Positions 38,340-46,065 of a DNA stretch of 64,000 nt are shown here, piece by piece. The stretch comes from Candidatus Saccharimonadales bacterium. Its GTDB lineage: Bacteria; Patescibacteriota; Saccharimonadia; Saccharimonadales; 2-12-FULL-41-12. Where the stretch lies: NCBI GenBank assembly GCA_041906505.1, contig JAYRJB010000008.1:136053-200052 (forward strand). Reading direction: 5' to 3'. The notes beneath the pieces are model-generated. The model saw only the letters and a list, made by a program, of their open reading frames with translations. It made no database searches and was not told the origin of the DNA. Position 1 is the stretch's first letter, and the number at the start of each line of letters is the position of its first letter. A program made the position numbers and the translations under genes.

Positions 38340-38642
38340 TCCGGGGTAGCTCAGCGGTAGAGCGGGTGGCTGTCAAAGGCAGCCTGTCTGGGCAACCAGT
38401 CAGTGAAAACAGGGTGAATTGCAGAAACCCTAAGGCAAACACGCTAAGGCAATCTGCAGCCAAGCCAAGCTAGAGGCAACGACGCTTGGAAGGTTCAGAG
38501 ACTAGAAGGTGAGACCTCAGCAATAATCCTTCAAATGAGCGCCCTGCATCCCACGCGGATGATGAAATAGTCCACGCCATTACGAAAGTATGGAGATCGT
38601 GTAACCACTAGGTCGAAGGTTCGAATCCTTTCCCCGGAGCCA
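38340..38642 (+). tRNA. tRNA-Asn (anticodon GUU) interrupted in the anticodon loop by a 228-nt group I-like intron; CCA encoded
   Basis: 5' exon 38340-38373 is TCCGGGG-TA-GCTC-AGCGGTA-GAGC-G-GGTGG-CTGT. 3' exon 38602-38642 is TAA-CCACT-AGGTC-GAAGG-TTCGAAT-CCTTT-CCCCGGA-G-CCA. Spliced product is a 75-nt cloverleaf with loop CUGUUAA. U1-A72 with G73 fits bacterial tRNA-Asn. Confidence 0.8.
38374..38601 (+). ncRNA. group I intron (IC3-like core), no ORF
   Basis: P1: exon GGCUGU (38368-38373) pairs with GCAGCC (38379-38384), with a U.G wobble at the 5' splice site. P2 hairpin is CUGG-GCAA-CCAG (38388-38399). Core GGUUCAGAGACUAGA lies at 38492-38506, with P7 GACUA (38500-38504) pairing to UAGUC (38568-38572). 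The intron ends in G38601. Confidence 0.75.
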
Positions 38643-38753
38643 TAAAGTTAGAATTGAAATAATGGAAGCCAAGTAGCCCCTTTCCACTTTGGGATAATGC
38701 TAATTACACATTAGGGTCAAGGTTTAACTTCGTGGATGCGGTAAAATGGTTAA

Positions 38754-39056
38754 ATGTCATACGAAGTAAGTATCTCCGGTATCTCTGCACTAAGTTGCGA
38801 ATGTAGTCCTTATGAACGTTCAGCTACTGCGCTGGATGAACTAATGGATTTAGTAGAAACAAAAAGAAACGAGGTCGGTTTTAATCAAGAGGATGTTCAT
38901 AGAGTGGTCGCCGTGTATAAATGCGATGGTCCACTTAATGGTGAGTGCATAAAGACGTGTGGACAATTATTGACTGCATCACTCTTTAATGAAGATGGTG
39001 CTCGTCTCTTGAGGGCTAGCTTCATGTCGCAAGTCGTCCTTGAACAGCCGGAGTAA
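38754..39056 (+). CDS. hypothetical protein
   Basis: 100-aa ORF with several Cys. No motif, and coding status is uncertain. Confidence 0.3.
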   Translation: MSYEVSISGISALSCECSPYERSATALDELMDLVETKRNEVGFNQEDVHRVVAVYKCDGPLNGECIKTCGQLLTASLFNEDGARLLRASFMSQVVLEQPE

Positions 39057-39443
39057 CAGTTCTGACTTTCTTCACTACGGAGAGTCATTTTAGAGAATTA
39101 CGGTTTTCAAGGATACAAGCAAAAAACTTCAACAGGGGTAGTTGAAGCTTTTTGCTTTCAAAGCACAGTTCGCAAGTAGCATTCTCAAAATCTTGTTCTT
39201 TCGCTCTGGTTGTGAACTTTCAAAGATTTCTTTAACCCTAAAAGCCAGTTGCAACAGATATGAAGGCGTTGGCTCAAATAATTTATCGTTGTTGGTGTAC
39301 TCAACTCTACCTTACGCTCAAGCTCTTCCATATCAGTCTTACACTTCATTACACATTTGTCATAGTCGGGTACAGTAATCTCATATAGCGACCAAAGAAT
39401 AACCATAAGAATGGACATTCCTGCCATGATATTATGAAGGTAT

Positions 39444-39620
39444 ATGCAGGCGATAAAAGATGGTGATAAGTGCAAGGTGATAAGTGGTACTCACGCTGGA
39501 AAGTCTGGCATTGTCCAAGATATGAAGACTAGCAAGACAGGCGCCGTAACAATAACGGTACTACAAGCGAGTGGAATACGGTTCAAAACTCTTGCGAAAA
39601 ATGTCGTAGTTGCAGACTAA
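39444..39620 (+). CDS. 58-aa KOW-motif-like small protein (below the ORF-track size cut-off)
   Basis: My own translation is MQAIKDGDKCKVISGTHAGKSGIVQDMKTSKTGAVTITVLQASGIRFKTLAKNVVVAD. GDKxKVISGxHxGKxGxV resembles the KOW motif of L24/NusG-type proteins. Confidence 0.4.
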   Translation: MQAIKDGDKCKVISGTHAGKSGIVQDMKTSKTGAVTITVLQASGIRFKTLAKNVVVAD

Positions 39621-39797
39621 GCAATAACTAATAGATCCTCTATCATACCGACATCACGCTTAGGGGGGTCAGCACTAACCGTTCGACTAGTGTTTTTGGG
39701 TTCTTGGGGGAATGACAGCTTCCGCGCCATTGGATGTTTAGTAGACCTTCGTGTCTAATTTGGAAATGGTTTAGAGATGAGAAGAACAAATTAGGCC

Positions 39798-39806
39798 TGG
39801 TATAAT
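39798..39806 (+). promoter_or_regulatory. extended -10 promoter element (TGgTATAAT)
   Basis: TGGTATAAT ends 10 nt before ATG 39817, which implies a leaderless or near-leaderless mRNA. Confidence 0.4.
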
Positions 39807-39816
39807 TTAGCTTGAG

Positions 39817-40176
39817 ATGAACAACAGAAACCCCAAGGTTGATAAGTGGTTTGAAAAATATGATAATCCCCAGAAAGAGCTTGTTCTGGCGGTGAGAGAC
39901 ATCGTTCTATCGGTTGACGACAGAGTAACCGAAGACATCAAGTGGCAGGCACCAACTTTTATCTATCGGGGAAACATCGCTTCTTTTTTCCCAAAAGCAA
40001 AGAAAAATGTAAGCCTCATGTTTCATAAGGGCGCTTCTATCAGCGATCCTAGCAAGCTACTAGAGGGCGACGGGGATACATCTAGAGTTGCTCGTTTCTT
40101 CGATCAAGAAGACCTTGCTAAGAAGAAGTCAGCCCTGGAAGGAGTCATCCTCAGCTGGATAAAAATGCAAAGTTAA
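39817..40176 (+). CDS. DUF1801 (YdhG-like) domain protein
   Basis: DIKWQAPTFIYRGNIASF and overall size are typical of DUF1801. Confidence 0.7.
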   Translation: MNNRNPKVDKWFEKYDNPQKELVLAVRDIVLSVDDRVTEDIKWQAPTFIYRGNIASFFPKAKKNVSLMFHKGASISDPSKLLEGDGDTSRVARFFDQEDLAKKKSALEGVILSWIKMQS

Positions 40177-40234
40177 TTTTCAAATACTTCGGGAGGGCTA
40201 ATATGACTCTCCGAACTTTTGCTATACTCCACTC

Positions 40235-40567
40235 ATGATTAAAGTCATTGCGCTAAGGCTAGTACATGGACTGTTTGCGCTCTACTTTATTTTTTGTATT
40301 TTTTTTATATATTATTCCGCTGTCACACTACAATTTAATCTATTCTTAGGAATCGCCATCGCGAGCCTCGTTATCGAAGGCGCACTCGTGTTTTTACTCA
40401 ATCACGGTGATTGTCCGTTGATTCACGTCCAAAGAAAAATAGGAGACGAAACACCTTTTTTTGAGTTAATCCTACCCAAATCTATGGCCAAAAAAGCAAT
40501 TCCTTTTTTCTTAGTAGTCACGTTTCTGGGCTTGTTCTTGTTGATTTTTAGATTCTCATTACAATAA
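40235..40567 (+). CDS. hypothetical membrane protein (DUF2784-like, CPL motif)
   Basis: Three or four TM helices and NHGDCPLIH between helices. Confidence 0.5.
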   Translation: MIKVIALRLVHGLFALYFIFCIFFIYYSAVTLQFNLFLGIAIASLVIEGALVFLLNHGDCPLIHVQRKIGDETPFFELILPKSMAKKAIPFFLVVTFLGLFLLIFRFSLQ

Positions 40568-40613
40568 TTAAATAAATGGCTAACGAGACATCCCGCGCTC
40601 GCGGTCCCGGCTG

Positions 40614-40835
40614 TTACAGACCCAAATTCTGAGTGATATCTTCAACCACAGTTTGACCTTGCTCGGTGACCGAAGTTACAGTCTCTGATGCACCATCGGT
40701 AATAGTTGTTGCTTGATCTTGCAAGTCCTGTACGACTTGGTTATCGGCAATGCCTCCAACAGCATCTTCGATAGATCCCTGCGCTGACTCTGTAGCTCCG
40801 CCTATGATATTTTGTATTTCGTCAAACAATCCCAT
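40614..40835 (-). CDS. small acidic hypothetical protein
   Basis: 73 aa, rich in D/E/Q/T. SD GGAGG precedes the ATG. Downstream of the wHTH regulator in the same orientation. Confidence 0.4.
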   Translation of the reverse strand: MGLFDEIQNIIGGATESAQGSIEDAVGGIADNQVVQDLQDQATTITDGASETVTSVTEQGQTVVEDITQNLGL

Positions 40836-40844
40836 ATTGCCTCC

Positions 40845-41150
40845 TTATTTACTAATTACTAAGCTTTCTATATCTCTAATTAGGGGCCTAAATTCTTCAG
40901 ACTTTTCCGTGACAAAATAACGATTCTCAATTCCGCACTTTCGACTATCCACTAGTCCCTCCGCTTTGAGTATCGTTAGCTTTTTAGAAAGGGTAACGGC
41001 GTTAATGTCGGTCATTCTTTTTAACTCGTTAAACGATTTTTCTCCAAAATTCATTAGCTCGTAAAGAATGAGAACATTACTCGCATCACCGATGACCTTG
41101 GCGATGCTTTTGGTTTTAATAATTTGTGCTTGACTGTAAGCAGTGCGCAT
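40845..41150 (-). CDS. winged-helix transcriptional regulator (HxlR/ArsR-like)
   Basis: ILYELMNFGEKSFNELKRMTDINAVTLSKKLTILKAEGLVDSR is a typical wHTH recognition-helix and wing pattern. Confidence 0.75.
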   Translation of the reverse strand: MRTAYSQAQIIKTKSIAKVIGDASNVLILYELMNFGEKSFNELKRMTDINAVTLSKKLTILKAEGLVDSRKCGIENRYFVTEKSEEFRPLIRDIESLVISK

Positions 41151-41164
41151 TAGTATACTTTATT

Positions 41165-41189
41165 TACTAGTTAATAATATTAACTAGTA
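41165..41189. promoter_or_regulatory. operator-like palindrome in divergent promoter region
   Basis: TACTAGTTAATA-A-TATTAACTAGTA has perfect 12-bp arms. It lies 15 nt upstream of the wHTH regulator start and 69 nt upstream of the bPH gene. Confidence 0.5.
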
Positions 41190-41257
41190 TAGCAGATAGG
41201 TTTTATTATGCAAATAGATTTGCGAGAAGAACAAATCCTAAAGGGATGGGCTAGAGC

Positions 41258-41749
41258 ATGAATCTCATAATACACAAAAGCCCCATCTTATTAGCCTTTA
41301 AGATAATTGTTCTAGAACTACTCATTGAGCTTGCGTACTTGCTTATTGTAAGTACCGCTCAAGTACTTGGAGAGCAGCTCGGCTACGACCTAAGGCTTAT
41401 CTCGCCATTCACTCAGTTGCTGTTGTTACCTGTGCAAATTGGTGTACTTGTATTCATGCTACTCAAGTGGAGTGGCGAAACGTATGAGATACAAGACGAG
41501 GAGCTGATTATGAGAGCCGGTGTTCTTAAACGAACAGAGAAAGGCTATCCATATAGAAATATGCAGTCCGTTATTGTTCGGCAGTCGATCGTGGAGAGGC
41601 TGGTGGGGGCTGGAACAGTATCTGTATTCGTTCCAACGCTGGGAACAAACTTGGTGTTTTCGGAGGTGCCAAACCCCAAGCAGTTTGCCGAAAGTATCAA
41701 AAAGTCCATACCCGACGAAGGCAATAGTCAGTTCATAATGAGGAAGTAG
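41258..41749 (+). CDS. bacterial PH domain (bPH_2/YdbS-YdbT-like) membrane protein
   Basis: Two N-terminal TM helices followed by ETYEIQDEELIMRAGVLKRTEKGYPYRNMQSVIVRQSIVERLVGAGTVSV. Confidence 0.7.
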   Translation: MNLIIHKSPILLAFKIIVLELLIELAYLLIVSTAQVLGEQLGYDLRLISPFTQLLLLPVQIGVLVFMLLKWSGETYEIQDEELIMRAGVLKRTEKGYPYRNMQSVIVRQSIVERLVGAGTVSVFVPTLGTNLVFSEVPNPKQFAESIKKSIPDEGNSQFIMRK

Positions 41750-41810
41750 CCTTTGTAATTTTAGGGAGCGGGATTACGGGAGTCCATTTCCGTTATAATT
41801 ACAGATAATT

Positions 41811-42356
41811 ATGAAATACATCGCATTGCTTCGAGGTATAAATGTTGGTGGCAATAAAAAGGTGCCAATGCCAGAGCTAAAAGACTGCTTTGAAAAAATA
41901 GGATTCAAAAATGTTCTTACCTACATTAATTCTGGCAATGTTATCTTTGAGTCGACGGAAACGAACAAGACCAAGCTTGTGCAACTATGCGAAGTTGCGA
42001 TAGAAAAGCAATTTGGATTTCGTGTCATTTGTTCGGTCGTCTCGGCAGATGAACTGATAGCAGCCCTCGAGAACGCTCCAAGTTGGTGGGACAATGAACC
42101 CGAGTCAAAACATAATGCAATTTTTGTTATCGCCCCCAACAGCGCAAAGGAAATAATGAATGAAGTTGGGAGCGCAAAAGTCGAGTACGAGAAAGCCGTA
42201 GCATTTGAGCCGATAATATTTTGGTCGGCACCCATAAATACCTTTAGCAGAACACGATATAGCAAAATTGTCGGCACCAAGGCATATCAATCGGTGACTA
42301 TACGAAACGCTAACACCGCAAAGAAACTTGCTGAGCTATGCAAATTAGGCGCATGA
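41811..42356 (+). CDS. DUF1697 domain protein
   Basis: MKYIALLRGINVGGNKKVPMPELK...TYINSGNVIF is the canonical DUF1697 N-terminus. Confidence 0.85.
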   Translation: MKYIALLRGINVGGNKKVPMPELKDCFEKIGFKNVLTYINSGNVIFESTETNKTKLVQLCEVAIEKQFGFRVICSVVSADELIAALENAPSWWDNEPESKHNAIFVIAPNSAKEIMNEVGSAKVEYEKAVAFEPIIFWSAPINTFSRTRYSKIVGTKAYQSVTIRNANTAKKLAELCKLGA

Positions 42357-42381
42357 AGTTGATGATTCAGACGAGTCACTA

Positions 42382-42627
42382 TCAACCAACTATGGGCAAA
42401 GTCTCTACCGGCACTTGAAGCACTTTGGCCAAACGGTCAATTTGTTGGAATTTACAGTATTTTATAGGCTCGCCTCCGCTACCGTAAATAAGATAATAGT
42501 GAGTGAACTTAATCGTTTCGCCCTTAAAATTCTTGGCACTCGTTGGCTTATCAATGCGTCTAATTGTCCAGCCGTCGGGTTGCTGGTCAAGAATTCTTTT
42601 TATTCTGGCATAGTGGTTAAACGGCAT
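42382..42627 (-). CDS. hypothetical protein
   Basis: 81-aa ORF with no motif recognised. Confidence 0.4.
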   Translation of the reverse strand: MPFNHYARIKRILDQQPDGWTIRRIDKPTSAKNFKGETIKFTHYYLIYGSGGEPIKYCKFQQIDRLAKVLQVPVETLPIVG

Positions 42628-42676
42628 AAAACAAGTATACCAACGCCACTTGTGGTAGTGCCGATAAACTAAAACG

Positions 42677-42931
42677 CTATTTGCGGTGAGGACAGCCCGC
42701 CCAACAGCAAGGGCGTCGCTTACCAGCTAACAGTTCTGTCGCTGTTCGCTCGATGTGTTTTTGCCGAGTCCCTGGCTTTTTATTTGTTATCACCCAGCAA
42801 ATCCACTCATTGCGCGCTAGCGGCGTGAGGTCGTTCCACCGCTCTAACACAGATTCATCGGACGTTAGAACGCTATACAGATCAGCAGGCACTGTGTGCG
42901 CCACGCCCGCGGCAATTCCTTTGTTGCTCAT
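42677..42931 (-). CDS. YdeI/OmpD-associated (OmdA) family protein
   Basis: W..LTPLARNEWICWVITNKKPGTRQKHIERTATELLAGKRRPCCWAGCPHR is the typical C-terminal OmdA signature. Confidence 0.7.
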   Translation of the reverse strand: MSNKGIAAGVAHTVPADLYSVLTSDESVLERWNDLTPLARNEWICWVITNKKPGTRQKHIERTATELLAGKRRPCCWAGCPHRK

Positions 42932-43000
42932 AAAACGTATTCTACTCTGGCAGACGATTTCTAATCAAGCGGCGCGGGGTATTGCGACAAATCAAGTATA

Positions 43001-43489
43001 ATGAAACTCATGAACAGAAGGTTGATTTTGATAGTAGTACCAATATTGGCGATTGGGATTGCGACAATAATTTTCTTAAACACTCAAAATAGTTCAAGTG
43101 ATGACCCGGCTAACAACTCGGCAACAACAACCGATAAACAACCCTCTTCGTCGGCAACCAGCAACAAAGACACAGGTACACGCTACATCACGCTTGCGAC
43201 GTACAACACTGATCCAAGTCGATACTTCAATTACAAAAAAGTCTACTTTTTTCACGCCAGCTGGTGCCCAATTTGCCAAAAAATCGACAAAGACCTCACG
43301 AGGAGCGCCGACAGCGTTCCTAGTGACACTCTGATAATTAAGGCTGACTTTGATGACACACCAGACCTTCGAAAGAAATACGGAGTGACTACGCAATACA
43401 CCTTCGTGCAGGTTGATAATGCGGGCAATGAGATTTCCCAGTGGTCAGCAACATCACTTTCTGACGCCGTGAGCGGCATAAAATCATAA
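43001..43489 (+). CDS. membrane-anchored thioredoxin-fold protein (TlpA/ResA-like)
   Basis: N-terminal TM, low-complexity linker, FFHASWCPICQ (CxxC) and a thioredoxin-fold C-terminus. Confidence 0.8.
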   Translation: MKLMNRRLILIVVPILAIGIATIIFLNTQNSSSDDPANNSATTTDKQPSSSATSNKDTGTRYITLATYNTDPSRYFNYKKVYFFHASWCPICQKIDKDLTRSADSVPSDTLIIKADFDDTPDLRKKYGVTTQYTFVQVDNAGNEISQWSATSLSDAVSGIKS

Positions 43490-43499
43490 ACGAGCACCA

Positions 43500-44234
43500 A
43501 TGGCCGCAACCACACTGCTCTCGTACGTAGCGGGGCTATTGACTGTACTCGCACCCTGCGTGCTCCCGCTGCTACCAATTATCTTGGGCGGGAGCCTAGA
43601 TGCCAGGGATAGAGATAGAAGACGGCCGTACATCATCACGGCCAGTCTTGTTGTTTCGCTCGTCCTATTCACATTGCTCCTTAAAATAAGTACCGCATTT
43701 GTAGGCATTGATCCAAAAGTTTGGAATATTGGTGCTGGCATACTAATTATCGCTCTTGGTTTTTTTATGATTTTCCCAGATTTGTGGGCAAAAATTATTA
43801 TAAGAACTGGAACAGAGCATCGTTCTCAAAATCTGCTCACACGAGCTTTTCAAAAAAAGAATCGAACTTTGTCCGCAGTTCTAACTGGTGCGGCTTTGGG
43901 CCCTGTCTTTAGCAGCTGCAGCCCAACATACGCTTGGGTTGTCGCAACGGTAGTGCCTGCGAATACTCAAAAGGGCATTTTCTATCTCGTGGTTTACTGT
44001 CTTGGAGTAGCAACTTCCTTGTTGGCAATCGCGCTTCTTGGCCAAAAACTGCTTTTGAAGGTTAGATGGGCAAGTGACCCAAGGGGATGGTTTCAGCGCA
44101 CAATCGGAATCATGTTTATTCTCGTTGGGATATTCGTGGCAACTGGCTGGGACAAAAATGTCCAAACATATCTCGTCGAAAGAGACATACTCAATCTAAT
44201 TGAGCTAGAACAAAAACTAGTGCCAAAACAATAA
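43500..44234 (+). CDS. ccdA: cytochrome c biogenesis protein CcdA / DsbD-family thiol-disulfide transporter
   Basis: LAPCVLPLLP motif in TM1, a second conserved Cys region FSSCSPTY, and six TM helices. Adjacent to the thioredoxin-like gene. Confidence 0.85.
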   Translation: MAATTLLSYVAGLLTVLAPCVLPLLPIILGGSLDARDRDRRRPYIITASLVVSLVLFTLLLKISTAFVGIDPKVWNIGAGILIIALGFFMIFPDLWAKIIIRTGTEHRSQNLLTRAFQKKNRTLSAVLTGAALGPVFSSCSPTYAWVVATVVPANTQKGIFYLVVYCLGVATSLLAIALLGQKLLLKVRWASDPRGWFQRTIGIMFILVGIFVATGWDKNVQTYLVERDILNLIELEQKLVPKQ

Positions 44235-44279
44235 CGAACACTAATAGGGGACCAGGCACAAGGAAGAGCTGTCGATAGC

Positions 44280-44684
44280 TCAGTCGAGATTGTTTTTTCG
44301 CCAGACAAACTTGAGTCCGGACCACACATCAGTGACCGCGCAGACCTTCACGTCTACAACGCCCAAGGGCAAAAATATATCTCGCAAATCCTGTTCTGAG
44401 ATATCGGACGGCTGCACTTTTCTGGCAGACTTTTTTGGCCAACTTATCCAAAGCATGCCGCCCCTTTTTGTGAGCCAAACAAGTTCTGGGGCGTCTGCTT
44501 CGAGTTCTGCACGCTCCGCATAAAACGCATGGACGAAATCTACAGCCTCTTCTTTGGGGACACTCGCAATACTTTTAAGGCCGACAGTCCGGCAATACTC
44601 TGATGGCGCTCTGATGATTAATTTTGATTGCTCAGATTTGATACCGAGTTTTTTCACCAAAGGAGTTGAAGAATAGCCGCTCAT
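44280..44684 (-). CDS. DUF3052 domain protein
   Basis: N-terminus MSGYSSTPLVKKLGIK and WISWPKK are typical of DUF3052. Confidence 0.7.
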   Translation of the reverse strand: MSGYSSTPLVKKLGIKSEQSKLIIRAPSEYCRTVGLKSIASVPKEEAVDFVHAFYAERAELEADAPELVWLTKRGGMLWISWPKKSARKVQPSDISEQDLRDIFLPLGVVDVKVCAVTDVWSGLKFVWRKNNLD

Positions 44685-44779
44685 AATATAACTACTATAT
44701 CAAGGCTTGAAGATATAAGTGATCACTCAAAAAATTTCCTCAATTTGTAGAATAGTAACTTTTGTTTTATTGTGAGTTT

Positions 44780-45364
44780 ATGAGAAGTGTGTTGTCGCCC
44801 GAGCTTATTCAGATCCATGCACGAGAAGTGCCAGACAACGCTGCAGATGTGTTTTGGCATCGCAGCATACAATACACAAAGAATAAAGAAGGTATGGAGC
44901 CCTCGGACTTTCCGCTGTTATTGAGGGTTGAGAAAAACGAAGTTGAAACCTATATCGCTCATCACGAGAAGCGATATGGCTCGGCCAACATAGAAGATAC
45001 TGAGCTCGAAACGTACTTTGTTGATGTCATTGAGCAAAGCGAAGTTGTCGGTGTGGGGGAGATGTTATATTTTTGCAATTCGAAGCGGAGCTACCACAAA
45101 CAAAAACCTTACGTCGGATGGACCGAAACGTACGATGACTACCGAAAAGAGGGCCGTGCCAAAGAACGGCTAATAACGATGAACGAGGCGGCTATTTCAA
45201 TTCACGGGCTCACTCTGCACTCCAGCACAGCCTTTTGTCACCGAGCCGCAGTGAAAGCGTGGCAACGACTGGTCTCCGAAAACCTTGCAACCAGCTACAC
45301 CGAAGGCGATACAAGTGTTCATGAGGGGATACCTCGTTATTGCTTCTTGTCAGAAGAAAAGTAG
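44780..45364 (+). CDS. hypothetical protein (possible GNAT-like fold)
   Basis: The YRKEGRAKE segment loosely fits the R/Q-x-x-G-x-G/A acetyl-CoA motif. Otherwise unrecognised. Confidence 0.4.
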   Translation: MRSVLSPELIQIHAREVPDNAADVFWHRSIQYTKNKEGMEPSDFPLLLRVEKNEVETYIAHHEKRYGSANIEDTELETYFVDVIEQSEVVGVGEMLYFCNSKRSYHKQKPYVGWTETYDDYRKEGRAKERLITMNEAAISIHGLTLHSSTAFCHRAAVKAWQRLVSENLATSYTEGDTSVHEGIPRYCFLSEEK

Positions 45365-45798
45365 TCAATGAGCGGTTGCCAATAATTGTCTTGCCAACCC
45401 TTTTCAAACTCTTTTCGGGTACCACTCGGTAGGCGCGTTTGCTGGAAGCGTAAAACAGTTGCGTTATCCGTTTCCTCAAAATTAAAAGTAATTGTCGAAA
45501 AGTGTTCCTTTGGCCAATCGCTAGCTCGCCACGTCTGTTCGATGCAGCGATAGGGAACTAATTTTGTTGTTGTACCAATTGCGTAGCCTTCAAACGTCTC
45601 GAATCTGCCACCAATACGTGGGTCTATCTCGGCCTTGGCTCCAATCAAGTCTGCATGCTGCTTACTGTCGAGCAAAAGCCGATAAATATCTCTGGGTGTG
45701 GCGTTTGGAATTACAACCGTTTGATCCAGCATCATACTAACTATACCAGCATAAAACCCCACATGAACATCTGGATCATCTTGTTTGAGCCGCGGCAA
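45337..45798 (-). CDS. SRPBCC superfamily protein (AHSA1/Aha1-like START domain)
   Basis: IPNATPRDIYRLLLDSKQHADLIG...GGRFETFEGYAIG...IEQTWRASDWP matches the AHSA1 pattern. An internal ATG at 45735 is an alternative start. Confidence 0.8.
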   Translation of the reverse strand: MPRLKQDDPDVHVGFYAGIVSMMLDQTVVIPNATPRDIYRLLLDSKQHADLIGAKAEIDPRIGGRFETFEGYAIGTTTKLVPYRCIEQTWRASDWPKEHFSTITFNFEETDNATVLRFQQTRLPSGTRKEFEKGWQDNYWQPLIDYFSSDKKQ

Positions 45799-45832
45799 AG
45801 GCGCATAATGAAATGTGTAAGGAGGATTTTAT

Positions 45833-46033
45833 ATGTCGCACAAAAAGCGAAGCAAAGCAAAAAAACCTCACCCCATTGATCTCGAAAAGAGCAGTCGTGG
45901 ATACCACTCCAAATTAACTCAACCAGTTTCTCCTGAGGCAAAAAAGCATGGTGCAGAATCATCAACTAATGTCCGAAATGCACACGCCAACTTTAGCCCC
46001 CGAACCACTCTAAGCCAACCACGACACAAGTAG
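45833..46033 (+). CDS. small basic hypothetical protein
   Basis: Strong SD AAGGAGG lies 8 nt upstream of the ATG. 66 aa, Lys/Ser/His rich. Confidence 0.45.
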   Translation: MSHKKRSKAKKPHPIDLEKSSRGYHSKLTQPVSPEAKKHGAESSTNVRNAHANFSPRTTLSQPRHK

Positions 46034-46065
46034 TACTCTCGGAATAGGGTATAATCTACTTAAAC

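Noticed and set aside
38340-38642. Considered that the ~300-nt structured RNA two genes downstream of smpB is tmRNA (ssrA).
   Set aside because: The 5' part has a complete D arm and anticodon stem, unlike tmRNA. The acceptor stem is U1-A72 with C3-G70, so it lacks the G3.U70 alanine identity. The only tag-like reading frame (ANTLRQSAAKPS*) lacks a typical hydrophobic ..LAA end. The P1/P7 group I features and a clean exon-exon cloverleaf explain the locus better.
39142-39475. Overlapping ORFs 39142-39378 (+) and 39185-39475 (-).
   Set aside because: They are mutually exclusive, have no SD or motifs and show odd composition. The region may be non-coding or decayed, so neither is called.
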